From NCBI GenBank assembly GCA_964016885.1, contig OZ024750.1, positions 42,904,001 through 42,968,000 of the forward strand: a DNA stretch of 64,000 nucleotides, in the 5' to 3' direction. The DNA comes from Eledone cirrhosa (taxonomy: Eukaryota). The position numbers and the translations under genes were made by a program. Below, in pieces: positions 16,220 to 31,200 of this stretch (within the stretch, counting starts at the first letter, position 1; each line of letters begins with the position of its first letter). The notes beneath the pieces are model-generated. The model had not been told where the DNA came from, searched no databases, and worked only from the letters and a program-made list of their open reading frames with translations.

Positions 16220-19200
16220 TCATCATCATCGTCATTGTCACCACCACAGTTGTCATCATCATTGTCACTGTCACCACCACAGTTGTCATCATCATTGTCA
16301 CTGTCACCACCACAGTTGTCATCATCATTGTCATTGTCATCACCACAGTTATCATTGTCATTGTCATCACCACAGTTGTGAACATCATTGTCACTGTCAC
16401 TACCACAGTTGTCATCATCATTGTCATTGTCACCACCACAGTTGTCATCATCATTGTCATTGTCACCACCACAGTTGTCATCATCATTGTCATTGTCACC
16501 ACCACAGTTGTCATCATCATTGTCATTGTCACCACAACAGTTGTCATCATCATTGTCATTGTCACCACCACAGTTGTCATCATCATTGTCACTGTCACCA
16601 CCACAGTTGTCATCATCATTGTCACTGTCACCACCACAGTTGTCATCATCATTGTCACTGTCACCACCACAGTTGTCATCATCATTGTCATTGTCACCAC
16701 CACAGTTGTCATCATCATTGTCATTGTCACCACCACAGTTGTCATCATCATCATCATTGTCACCACCACAGTTGTCATCATCATCATCATTGTCACCACC
16801 ACAGTTGTCATCATCATTGTCATTGTCACCACCACAGTTGTCATCATCATTGTCATTGTCACAACCACAGTTGTCATCATCATTGTCACTGTCACCACCA
16901 CAGTTGTCATCATCATCGTCACTGTCACCACCACAGTTGTCATCATCATCGTCTTTGTCACCACCATAGTTGTCATCATCATTGTCACTGTCATCACCAC
17001 AGTTGTCATCATCATTGTCACTGTCACCACCACAGTTGTCATCATCATTGTCACTGTCACCACCACAGTTGTCATCATCATTGTCATTGTCACCACCACA
17101 GTTGTCATCATCATTGTCATTGTCATCACCACAGTTGTCATCATCATTGTCACTGTCACCACCACAGTTGTCATCATCATTGTCATTGTCATCACCACAG
17201 TTGTCATCATCATTGTCATTGTCACCACCACAGTTGTCACCATCATTGTCATTGTCACCACCACAGTTGTCATCATCATCGTCATTGTCACCACCACAGT
17301 TGTCATCATCATTGTCATTGTCATCACCACAGTTGTCATCATCATCGTCATTGTCACCACCACAGTTGTCATCATCATTGTCATTGTCACCAACACAGTT
17401 GTCATCACTGTTGTCATTGTCACCACCACAGTTGTCATCATCATTGTCACTGTCACCACCACAGTTGTCATCATCATTGTCATTGTCACCAACACAGTTG
17501 TCATCATCATTGTCATTGTCACCACCACAGTTGTCATCATCATCGTCATTGTCACCACCACAGTTGTCATCATCATCGTCACTGTCACCAACACAGTTGT
17601 CATCATCATTGTCATTGTCACCACCACAGTTGTCATCATCATCGTCACTGTCACCAACACAGTTGTCATCATCATTGTCTTTGTCACCACCACAGTTGTC
17701 ACCATCATTGTCATTGTCATCACCACAGTTGTCATCATCATTGTCATTGTCATCACCACAGTTGTCAACATCATTGTCATTGTCACCACCACAGTTGTCA
17801 TCATCATCGTCATTGTCACCACCACAGTTGTCATCATCATTGTCATTGTCATCACCACAGTTGTCATCATCATCGTCACTGTCACCACCACAGTTGTCAT
17901 CATCATTGTCACTGTCACCACCACAGTTGTCATCATCATTGTCACTGTCACCACCACAGTTGTCATCATCATTGTCATTGTCATCACCACAGTTGTCAAC
18001 ATCATTGTCATTGTCACCACCACAGTTGTCATCATCATTGTCATTGTCATCACCACAGTTGTCATCATCATTGTCATTGTCACCACCACAGTTGTCATCA
18101 TCATTGTCACTGTCACCACCACAGTTGTCATCATCATTGTCACTGTCACCACCACAGTTGTCATCATCATTGTCATTGTCATCACCACAGTTATCATTGT
18201 CATTGTCATCACCACAGTTGTGAACATCATTGTCACTGTCACTACCACAGTTGTCATCATCATTGTCATTGTCACCACCACAGTTGTCATCATCATTGTC
18301 ATTGTCACCACCACAGTTGTCATCATCATTGTCATTGTCACCACCACAGTTGTCATCATCATTGTCATTGTCACCACCACAGTTGTCATCATCATTGTCA
18401 TTGTCACCACCACAGTTGTCATCATCATTGTCACTGTCACCACCACAGTTGTCATCATCATTGTCACTGTCACCACCACAGTTGTCATCATCATTGTCAC
18501 TGTCACCACCACAGTTGTCATCATCATTGTCATTGTCACCACCACAGTTGTCATCATCATTGTCATTGTCACCACCACAGTTGTCATCATCATCATCATT
18601 GTCACCACCACAGTTGTCATCATCATCATCATTGTCACCACCACAGTTGTCATCATCATTGTCATTGTCACCACCACAGTTGTCATCATCATTGTCATTG
18701 TCACAACCACAGTTGTCATCATCATTGTCACTGTCACCACCACAGTTGTCATCATCATCGTCACTGTCACCACCACAGTTGTCATCATCATCGTCTTTGT
18801 CACCACCACAGTTGTCATCATCATTGTCACTGTCATCACCACAGTTGTCATCATCATTGTCACTGTCACCACCACAGTTGTCATCATCATTGTCACTGTC
18901 ACCACCACAGTTGTCATCATCATTGTCATTGTCACCACCACAGTTGTCATCATCATTGTCATTGTCATCACCACAGTTGTCATCATCATTGTCACTGTCA
19001 CCACCACAGTTGTCATCATCATTGTCATTGTCATCACCACAGTTGTCATCATCATTGTCATTGTCACCACCACAGTTGTCACCATCATTGTCATTGTCAC
19101 CACCACAGTTGTCATCATCATCGTCATTGTCACCACCACAGTTGTCATCATCATTGTCATTGTCATCACCACAGTTGTCATCATCATCGTCATTGTCACC

Positions 19201-19220
19201 ACCACAGTTGTCATCATCAT
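16220..19220. repeat. Higher-order duplication within the satellite, offset 1842 bp (boundaries approximate)
   Basis: The unique TTGTGAACA variant, paired TCAx5 units and TCACAACCA recur at +1842; ORF-track breakpoints fall at 16388 and 18230. Confidence 0.85.
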
Positions 19221-22200
19221 TGTCATTGTCACCACCACAGTTGTCATCATCATTGTCATTGTCATCACCACAGTTGTCATCATCATTGTCATTGTCATCA
19301 CTACAGTTGTCAACATCATTGTCATTGTCACCACCACAGTTGTCAACATCATCATCATTGTCACCACCACAGTTGTCATCACTGTTGTCATTGTCACCAC
19401 CACAGTTGTCATCATCATTGTCACTGTCACCACCACAGTTGTCATCATCATTGTCATTGTCACCAACACAGTTGTCATCATCATTGTCATTGTCACCACC
19501 ACAGTTGTCATCATCATCGTCATTGTCACCACCACAGTTGTCATCATCATTGTCATTGTCACCACCACAGTTGTCATCATCATTGTCATTGTCACCACCA
19601 CAGTTGTCATCATCATTGTCATTGTCACCACCACAGTTGTCATCATCATTGTCACTGTCACCACCACAGTTGTCATCATCATTGTCATTGTCATCACCAC
19701 AGTTGTCAACATCATTGTCACTGTCACTACCACAGTTGTCATCATCATTGTCATTGTCACCACCACAGTTGTCATCATCATTGTCATTGTCACCACCACA
19801 GTTGCCATCATCATTGTCATTGTCACCACCACAGTTGTCATCATCATTTTCATTGTCACCACCACAGTTGTCATCATCATTGTCATTGTCACCACCACAG
19901 TTGTCATCATCATTGTCACTGTCACCACCACGGCTGTCATCATCATTGTCACTGTCACCACCACAGTTGTCATCATCATTGTCATTGTCACCACCACAGT
20001 TGTCATCATCATTGTCATTGTCACCACCACAGTTGTCATCATCATTGTCATTGTCACCACCACAGTTGTCATCATCATCATCATTGTCACCACCACAGTT
20101 GTCATCATCATCATCATTGTCACCACCACAGTTGTCATCATCATTGTCATTGTCACCACCACAGTTGTCATCATCATTGTCACTGTCACCACCACAGTTG
20201 TCATCATCATCGTCATTGTCACCACCACAGTTGTCATCATCATTGTCATTGTCACCACCACAGTTGTCATCATCATTGTCATTGTCACCACCACAGTTGT
20301 CATCATCATTGTCATTGTCACCACCACAGTTGTCATCATCATTGTCATTGTCACCACCACAGTTGTCATCATCATCGTCATTGTCACCACCACAGTTGTC
20401 ATCATCATTGTCACTGTCACCACCACAGTTGTCATCATCATTGTCATTGTCACCACCACAGTTGTCATCATCATTGTCATTGTCACCACCACAGTTGTCA
20501 TCATCATTGTCACTGTCACCACCACAGTTGTCATCATCATTGTCATTGTCATCATCACAGTTGTCATCATCATTGTCATTGTCACCACCACAGTTGTCAT
20601 CATCATTGTCATTGTCACCACCACAGTTGTCATCATCATTGTCATTGTCACCAACACAGTTGTCATCATCATTGTCATTGTCACCAACACAGTTGTCATC
20701 ATCATTGTCATTGTCACCAACACAGTTGTCATCATCGTTGTCATTGTCACCAACACAGTTGTCATCATCATTGTCATTGTCACCACCACAGTTGTCACCA
20801 CCACAATTGTCATCATCATCGTCATTGTCACCACCACAGTTGTCATCATCATTGTCATTGTCACCACCACAGTTGTCATCATCATTGCCACTGTCATCAC
20901 CACAGTTGTCATCATCATTGTCATCGTCACCACCACAGTTGTCACCACCACATTTGTCATCATCATTGTCATTGTCACCACCACAGTTGTCACCACCACA
21001 GTTGTCATCATCATCGTCATTGTCACCACCACAGTTGTCACCATCATTGTCATTGTCACCACCACAGTTGTCATCATCATTGTCATTGTCACCACCACAG
21101 TTGTCATCATCATTGTCATTGTCACCACCACAGTTGTCATCATCATTGTCACTGTCACCACCACAGTTGTCATCATCATTGTCATTGTCACCACCACAGT
21201 TGTCATCATCAATGTCATTGTCACCACCACAGTTGTCATCATCATTGTCACTGTCACCACCACAGTTGTCATCATCATTGTCATTGTCACCACCACAGTT
21301 GTCATCATCATTGTCATTGTCACCACCACAGTTGTCATCATCATTGTCACTGTCACCACCACAGTTGTCATCATCATTGTCATTGTCACCACCACAGTTG
21401 TCATCATCATTGTCACTGTCACCACCACAGTTGTCATCATCAATGTCATTGTCACCACCACAGTTGTCATCATCATTGTCACTGTCACCATCACAGTTGT
21501 CATCATCATTGTCACTGTAACCACCACAGTTGTCATCATCATTGTCATTGTCACCACCACAGTTGTCATCATCATTGTCACTGTCACCACCACAGTTGTC
21601 ATCATCATTGTCACTGTCATCACCACAGTTGTCATCATCATTGTCATTGTCACCACCACAGTTGTCATCATCATTGTCATTGTCATCACCACAGTTGTCA
21701 TCATCATTGTCATTGTCACCAACACAGTTGTCATCATCATTGTCATTGTCACCACCACAGTTGTCATCATCATTGTCATTGTCACCACCACAGTTGTCAT
21801 CATCATTGTCATTGTCATCACCACAGTTGTCATCATCATTGTCACTGTCACCACCACAGTTGTCATCATCATTGTCATTGTCACCACCACAGTTGTCATC
21901 ATCATTGTCACTGTCACCACCACAGTTGTCATCATCATTGTCATTGTCACCACCACAGTTGTCATCATCATTGTCATTGTCATCACCACAGTTGTCATCA
22001 TCATTGTCATTGTCACCAACACAGTTGTCATCATCATTGTCATTGTCACCCCCACAGTTGTCATCATCATTGTCATTGTCACCACCACAGTTGTCATCAT
22101 CATTGTCATTGTCATCACCACAGTTGTCATCATCATTGTCACTGTCACCACCACAGTTGTCATCATTATTGTCATTGTCACCACCACAGTTGTCACCATC

Positions 22201-25200
22201 ATTGTCATTGTCACCACCACAGTTGTCATCATCATTGTCTTTGTCACCACCACAGCTGTCATCATCATTGTCACTGTCATCACCACAGTTGTCATCATCA
22301 TTGTCACTGTCACCACCACAGTTGTCATCATCATTGTCATTGTCACCACCACAGTTGTCATCATCATTGTCATTGTCATCACCACAGTTGTCATCATCAT
22401 TGTCACTGTCACCACCACAGTTGTCATCATCATTGTCATTGTCATCACCACAGTTGTCATCATCATTGTCATTGTCACCACCACAGTTGTCACCATCATT
22501 GTCATTGTCACCATCACAGTTGTCATCATCATTGTCATTCTCACCACCACAGTTGTCATCATCATTTTCATTGTCATCACCACAGTTGTCATCATCATTG
22601 TCACTGTCACCACCACAGTTGTCATCATCATTGTCATTGTCACCACCACAGTTGTCACCATCATTGTCATTGTCACCACCACAGCTGTCATCATCATTGT
22701 CATTGTCACCACCACAGTTGTCATCGTCATTGTCATTGTCATCACCACAGTTGTCATCATTATTGTCATTGTCACCACCACAGTTGTCACCATCATTGTC
22801 ATTGTCACCACCACAGTTGTCATCATCATTGTCTTTGTCACCATCACAGCTGTCATCATCATTGTCACTGTCATCACCACAGTTGTCATCATCATTGTCA
22901 CTGTCACCACCACAGTTGTCATCATCATTGTCATTATCACCACCACAGTTGTCATCATCATTGTCATTGTCACCACCACAGTTGTCATCATCATTGTCAT
23001 TGTCACCACTACAGTTGTCATCATCATCGTCATTGTCACCACCACAGTTGTCATCATCATTGTCACTGTCACCACCACAGTTGTCATCATCATTGTCATT
23101 GTCACCACCACAGTTGTCATCATCATTGTCATTGTCACCACCACAGTTGTCATCATCATTGTCACTGTCACCACCACAGTTGTCATCGTCATTGTCATTG
23201 TCATCATCACAGTTGTCATCATCATTGTCATTGTCACCACCACAGTTGTCATCATCATTGTCATTGTCACCAACACAGTTGTCATCATCATTGTCATTGT
23301 CACCACCACAGTTGTCACCACCACAATTGTCATCATCATCGTCATTGTCACCACCACAGTTGTCATCATCATTGTCATTGTCACCACCACAGTTGTCATC
23401 ATCATTGTCACTGTCATCACCACAGTTGTCATCATCATTGTCATCGTCACCACCACAGTTGTCACCACCACAGTTGTCATCATCATTGTCATTGTCACCA
23501 CCACAGTTGTCACCACCACAGTTGTCATCATCATCGTCATTGTCACCACCACAGTTGTCACCATCATTGTCATTGTCACCACCACAGTTGTCATCATCAT
23601 TGTCATTGTCACCACCACAGTTGTCATCATCATTGTCATTGTCACCACCACAGTTGTCATCATCAATGTCATTGTCACCACCACAGTTGTCATCATCATT
23701 GTCACTGTCACCACCACAGTTGACATCATCATTGTCATTGTCACCACCACATTTGTCATCATCATTGTCGTTGTCACCACCACAGTTGTCATCATCATTG
23801 TCACTGTCACCACCACAGTTGTCATCATCATTGTCATTGTCACCACCACAGTTGTCATCATCATTGTCACTGTCACCACCACAGTTGTCATCATCAATGT
23901 CATTGTCACCACCACAGTTGTCACCATCATTGTCATTGTCACCACCACAGTTGTCATCATCATTGTCACTGTCACCATCACAGTTGTCATCATCATTGTC
24001 ACTGTAACCACCACAGTTGTCATCATCATTGTCATTGTCACCACCACAGTTGTCATCATCATTGTCACCACCACAGCTGTCATCATCATTGTCATTGTCA
24101 CCACCACAGTTGTCATCATCATTGTCACTGTCACCACCACAGTTGTCATCATCATTGTCATTGTCACCACCACAGTTGTCATCATCATTGTCATTGTCAC
24201 CACCACAGCTGTCACCATCATTGTCATTGTCACCACCACAGTTGTCATCATCATTGTCATTGTCACCACCACAGCTGTCACCATCATTGTCATTGTCACC
24301 ACCACAGTTGTCATCATCATTGTCACTGTCACCACCACAGTTGTCATCATCATTGTCATTGTCACCACCACAGTTGTCATCATCATTGTCATTGTCACCA
24401 CCACAGCTGACACCATCATTGTCATTGTCACCACCACAGTTGTCATCATCATTGTCATTGTCACCACCACAGCTGTCATCATCATTGTCACTGTCACCAC
24501 CACAGTTGTCATCATCATTGTCACTGTCACCACCACAGTTGTCATCATCCTTGTCATTGTCACCACCACAGTTGTCATCATCATTGTCACTGTCACCACC
24601 ACAGTTGTCATCATCATTGTCACTGTCACCACAACAGTTGTCATCATCATTGTCACTGTCACCACCACAGTTGTCATCATCATTGTCACTGTCACCACCA
24701 CAGTTGTCATCATCCTTGTCATTGTCACCACCACAGTTGTCATCATCATTGTCACTGTCACCACCACAGTTGTCATCATCATCGTCATTGTCACCACCAC
24801 AGTTGTCATCATCATTGTCACTGTCACCACCACAGTTGTCATCATCATTGTCACTGTCACCACCACAGTTGTCATCATTATTGTCATTGTCACCACCACA
24901 GTTGTCATCATCATTGTCATTGTCACCACCACAGCTGTCATCATCATTGTCATTGTCACCACCACAGTTGTCATCATCATTGTCATTGTCACCACCACAG
25001 CTGTCATCATCATTGTCACTGTCACCACCACAGTTGTCATCATCATTGTCACTGTCACCACCACAGTTGTCATCATCATTGTCATTGTCATCACCACAGT
25101 TGTCATCATCATTGTCACTGTCACCACCACAGTTGTCATCATCATTGTCACTGTCACCACCACAGTTGTCATCATCATTGTCATTGTCACCACCACAGTT

Positions 25201-28200
25201 GTCATCATCATTGTCATTGTCACCACCACAGCTGTCATCATCATTGTCATTGTCACCACCACAGTTGTCATCATCATTGTCATTGTCACCACCACAGTTG
25301 TCATCATCATTGTCACTGTCACCACCACAGTTGTCATCATCATTGTCACCACCACAGCTGTCATCATCATTGTCATTGTCACCACCACAGTTGTCATCAT
25401 CATTGTCACTGTCACCACCACAGTTGTCATCATCATTGTCATTGTCATCACCACAGTTGTCATCATCATTGTCATTGTCACCACCACAGTTGTCATCATC
25501 ATTGTCACTGTCATCACCACAGTTGTCATCATCATTGTCACTGTCACCACCACAGTTGTCATCATCATTGTCATTGTCACCACCACAGTTGTTATCATCA
25601 TTGTCATTGTCATCACCACAGTTGTCATCATCATTGTCATTGTCACCACCACAGTTGTCATCATCATTGTCACTGTCACCACCACAGTTGTCATCATCAT
25701 TGTCATTGTCACCACCACAGTTGTCATCATCATTGTCATTGTCACCACCACAGTTGTCATCATCATTGTCATTGTCACCACCACAGTTGTCATCATCATT
25801 GTCATTGTCCCCACCACAGTTGTCATCATCATTGTCACTGTCACCACCACAGTTGTCATCATCATTGTCATTGTCACCACCACAGTTGTCATCATCATTG
25901 TCATTGTCAGCACCACAGTTGTCATCATCATTGTCATTGTCACCAACACAGTTGTCATCATCATTGTCATTGTCACCAACACAGTTGTCATCATCATTGT
26001 CATTGTCACCAACACAGTTGTCATCATCATTGTCATTGTCACCACCACAGTTGTCACCACCACAATTGTCATCATCATCGTCATTGTCACCACCACAGTT
26101 GTCATCATCATTGTCATTGTCACCACCACAGTTGTCATCATCATTGTCACTGTCATCACCACAGTTGTCATCATCATTGTCATCGTCACCACCACAGTTG
26201 TCATCATCATTGTCATTGTCACCACCACAGTTGTCACCACCACAGTTGTCATCATCATCGTCATTGTCACCACCACAGTTGTCACCATCATTGTCATTGT
26301 CACCACCACAGTTGTCATCATCATTGTCATTGTCACCACCACAGTTGTCATCATCATTGTCATTGTCACCACCACAGTTGTCATCATCATTGTCACTGTC
26401 ACCACCACAGTTGTCATCATCATTGTCATTGTCACCACCACAGTTGTCATCATCAATGTCATTGTCACCACCACAGTTGTCATCATCATTGTCACTGTCA
26501 CCACCACAGTTGTCATCATCATTGTCATTGTCACCACCACAGTTGTCATCATCATTGTCACCACCACAGCTGTCATCATCATTGTCATTGTCACCACCAC
26601 AGTTGTCATCATCATTGTCACTGTCACCACCACAGTTGTCATCATCATTGTCATTGTCACCACCACAGTTGTCATCATCATTGTCATTGTCACCACCACA
26701 GTTGTCACCATCATTGTCATTGTCACCACCACAGTTGTCATCATCATTGTCATTGTCACCACCACAGTTGTCATCATCATTGTCATTGTCACCACCACAG
26801 TTGTCATCATCAATGTCATTGTCACCACCACAGTTGTCATCATCATTGTCACTGTCACCACCACAGTTGACATCATCATTGTCATTGTCACCACCACATT
26901 TGTCATCATCATTGTCATTGTCACCACCACAGTTGTCATCATCATTGTCACTGTCACCACCACAGTTGTCATCATCATTGTCATTGTCACCACCACAGTT
27001 GTCATCATCATTGTCACTGTCACCACCACAGTTGTCATCATCAATGTCATTGTCACCACCACAGTTGTCACCATCATTGTCATTGTCACCACCACAGTTG
27101 TCATCATCATTGTCACTGTCACCATCACAGTTGTCATCATCATTGTCACTGTAACCACCACAGTTGTCATCATCATTGTCATTGTCACCACCACAGTTGT
27201 CATCATCATTGTCACCACCACAGCTGTCATCATCATTGTCATTGTCACCACCACAGTTGTCATCATCATTGTCACTGTCACCACCACAGTTGTCATCATC
27301 ATTGTCATTGTCACCACCACAGTTGTCATCATCATTGTCATTGTCACCACCACAGCTGTCACCATCATTGTCATTGTCACCACCACAGTTGTCATCATCA
27401 TTGTCATTGTCACCACCACAGCTGTCACCATCATTGTCATTGTCACCACCACAGTTGTCATCATCATTGTCACTGTCACCACCACAGTTGTCATCATCAT
27501 TGTCATTGTCACCACCACAGTTGTCATCATCATTGTCATTGTCACCACCACAGCTGACACCATCATTGTCATTGTCACCACCACAGTTGTCATCATCATT
27601 GTCATTGTCACCACCACAGCTGTCATCATCATTGTCACTGTCACCACCACAGTTGTCATCATCATTGTCACTGTCACCACCACAGTTGTCATCATCCTTG
27701 TCATTGTCACCACCACAGTTGTCATCATCATTGTCACTGTCACCACCACAGTTGTCATCATCATTGTCACTGTCACCACAACAGTTGTCATCATCATTGT
27801 CACTGTCACCACCACAGTTGTCATCATCATTGTCACTGTCACCACCACAGTTGTCATCATCCTTGTCATTGTCACCACCACAGTTGTCATCATCATTGTC
27901 ACTGTCACCACCACAGTTGTCATCATCATCGTCATTGTCACCACCACAGTTGTCATCATCATTGTCACTGTCACCACCACAGTTGTCATCATCATTGTCA
28001 CTGTCACCACCACAGTTGTCATCATTATTGTCATTGTCACCACCACAGTTGTCATCATCATTGTCATTGTCACCACCACAGCTGTCATCATCATTGTCAT
28101 TGTCACCACCACAGTTGTCATCATCATTGTCATTGTCACCACCACAGCTGTCATCATCATTGTCACTGTCACCACCACAGTTGTCATCATCATTGTCACT

Positions 28201-31200
28201 GTCACCACCACAGTTGTCATCATCATTGTCATTGTCATCACCACAGTTGTCATCATCATTGTCACTGTCACCACCACAGTTGTCATCATCATTGTCATTG
28301 TCACCACCACAGTTGTCATCATCATTGTCATTGTCACCACCACAGCTGTCATCATCATTGTCATTGTCACCACCACAGTTGTCATCATCATTGTCATTGT
28401 CACCACCACAGTTGTCATCATCATTGTCACTGTCACCACCACAGTTGTCATCATCATTGTCACCACCACAGCTGTCATCATCATTGTCATTGTCACCACC
28501 ACAGTTGTCATCATCATTGTCACTGTCACCACCACAGTTGTCATCATCATTGTCATTGTCATCACCACAGTTGTCATCATCATTGTCATTGTCACCACCA
28601 CAGTTGTCATCATCATTGTCACTGTCATCACCACAGTTGTCATCATCATTGTCACTGTCACCACCACAGTTGTCATCATCATTGTCATTGTCACCACCAC
28701 AGTTGTTATCATCATTGTCATTGTCATCACCACAGTTGTCATCATCATTGTCATTGTCACCACCACAGTTGTCATCATCATTGTCACTGTCACCACCACA
28801 GTTGTCATCATCATTGTCATTGTCACCACCACAGTTGTCATCATCATTGTCATTGTCACCACCACAGTTGTCATCATCATTGTCATTGTCACCACCACAG
28901 TTGTCATCATCATTGTCATTGTCCCCACCACAGTTGTCATCATCATTGTCACTGTCACCACCACAGTTGTCATCATCATTGTCATTGTCACCACCACAGT
29001 TGTCATCATCATTGTCATTGTCAGCACCACAGTTGTCATCATCATTGTCATTGTCACCAACACAGTTGTCATCATCATTGTCATTGTCACCAACACAGTT
29101 GTCATCATCATTGTCATTGTCACCAACACAGTTGTCATCATCATTGTCATTGTCACCACCACAGTTGTCACCACCACAATTGTCATCATCATCGTCATTG
29201 TCACCACCACAGTTGTCATCATCATTGTCATTGTCACCACCACAGTTGTCATCATCATTGTCACTGTCATCACCACAGTTGTCATCATCATTGTCATCGT
29301 CACCACCACAGTTGTCACCACCACAGTTGTCATCATCATTGTCATTGTCACCACCACAGTTGTCACCACCACAGTTGTCATCATCATCGTCATTGTCACC
29401 ACCACAGTTGTCACCATCATTGTCATTGTCACCACCACAGTTGTCATCATCATTGTCATTGTCACCACCACAGTTGTCATCATCATTGTCATTGTCACCA
29501 CCACAGTTGTCATCATCATTGTCACTGTCACCACCACAGTTGTCATCATCATTGTCATTGTCACCACCACAGTTGTCATCATCAATGTCATTGTCACCAC
29601 CACAGTTGTCATCATCATTGTCACTGTCACCACCACAGTTGTCATCATCATTGTCATTGTCACCACCACAGTTGTCATCATCATTGTCATTGTCACCACC
29701 ACAGTTGTCATCATCATTGTCACTGTCACCACCACAGTTGTCATCATCATTGTCATTGTCACCACCACAGTTGTCATCATCATTGTCACTGTCACCACCA
29801 CAGTTGTCATCATCAATGTCATTGTCACCACCACAGTTGTCACCATCATTGTCATTGTCACCACCACAGTTGTCATTGTCACTGTCACCATCACAGTTGT
29901 CATCATCATTGTCACTGTAACCACCACAGTTATCATCATTGTCATTGTCACCACCACAGTTGTCATCATCATTGTCACCACCACAGCTGTCATCATCATT
30001 GTCATTGTCACCACCACAGTTGTCACCATCATTGTCATTGTCACCATCACAGTTGTCATCATCATTGTCATTCTCACCACCACAGTTGTCATCATCATTT
30101 TCATTGTCATCACCACAGTTGTCATCATCATTGTCACTGTCACCACCACAGTTGTCATCATCATTGTCATTGTCACCACCACAGTTGTCACCATCATTGT
30201 CATTGTCACCACCACAGCTGTCATCATCATTGTCATTGTCACCACCACAGTTGTCATCGTCATTGTCATTGTCATCACCACAGTTGTCATCATTATTGTC
30301 ATTGTCACCACCACAGTTGTCACCATCATTGTCATTGTCACCACCACAGTTGTCATCATCATTGTCTTTGTCACCACCACAGCTGTCATCATCATTGTCA
30401 CTGTCATCACCACAGTTGTCATCATCATTGTCACTGTCACCACCACAGTTGTCATCATCATTGTCATTGTCACCACCACAGTTGTCATCATCATTGTCAT
30501 TGTCACCACCACAGTTGTCATCATCATTGTCATTGTCACCACCACAGTTGTCATCATCATCGTCATTGTCACCACCACAGTTGTCATCATCATTGTCACT
30601 GTCACCACCACAGTTGTCATCATCATTGTCATTGTCACCACCACAGTTGTCATCATCATTGTCATTGTCACCACCACAGTTGTCATCATCATTGTCATTG
30701 TCACCACCACAGTTGTCATCATCATCGTCATTGTCACCACCACAGTTGTCATCATCATTGTCACTGTCACCACCACAGTTGTCATCATCATTGTCATTGT
30801 CACCACCACAGTTGTCATCATCATTGTCATTGTCACCACCACAGTTGTCATCATCATTGTCACTGTCACCACCACAGTTGTCATCATCATTGTCATTGTC
30901 ATCATCACAGTTGTCATCATCATTGTCATTGTCACCACCACAGTTGTCATCATCATTGTCATTGTCACCAACACAGTTGTCATCATCATTGTCATTGTCA
31001 CCACCACAGTTGTCACCACCACAATTGTCATCATCATCGTCATTGTCACCACCACAGTTGTCATCATCATTGTCATTGTCACCACCACAGTTGTCATCAT
31101 CATTGTCACTGTCATCACCACAGTTGTCATCATCATTGTCATCGTCACCACCACAGTTGTCATCATCATTGTCATTGTCACCACCACAGTTGTCACCACC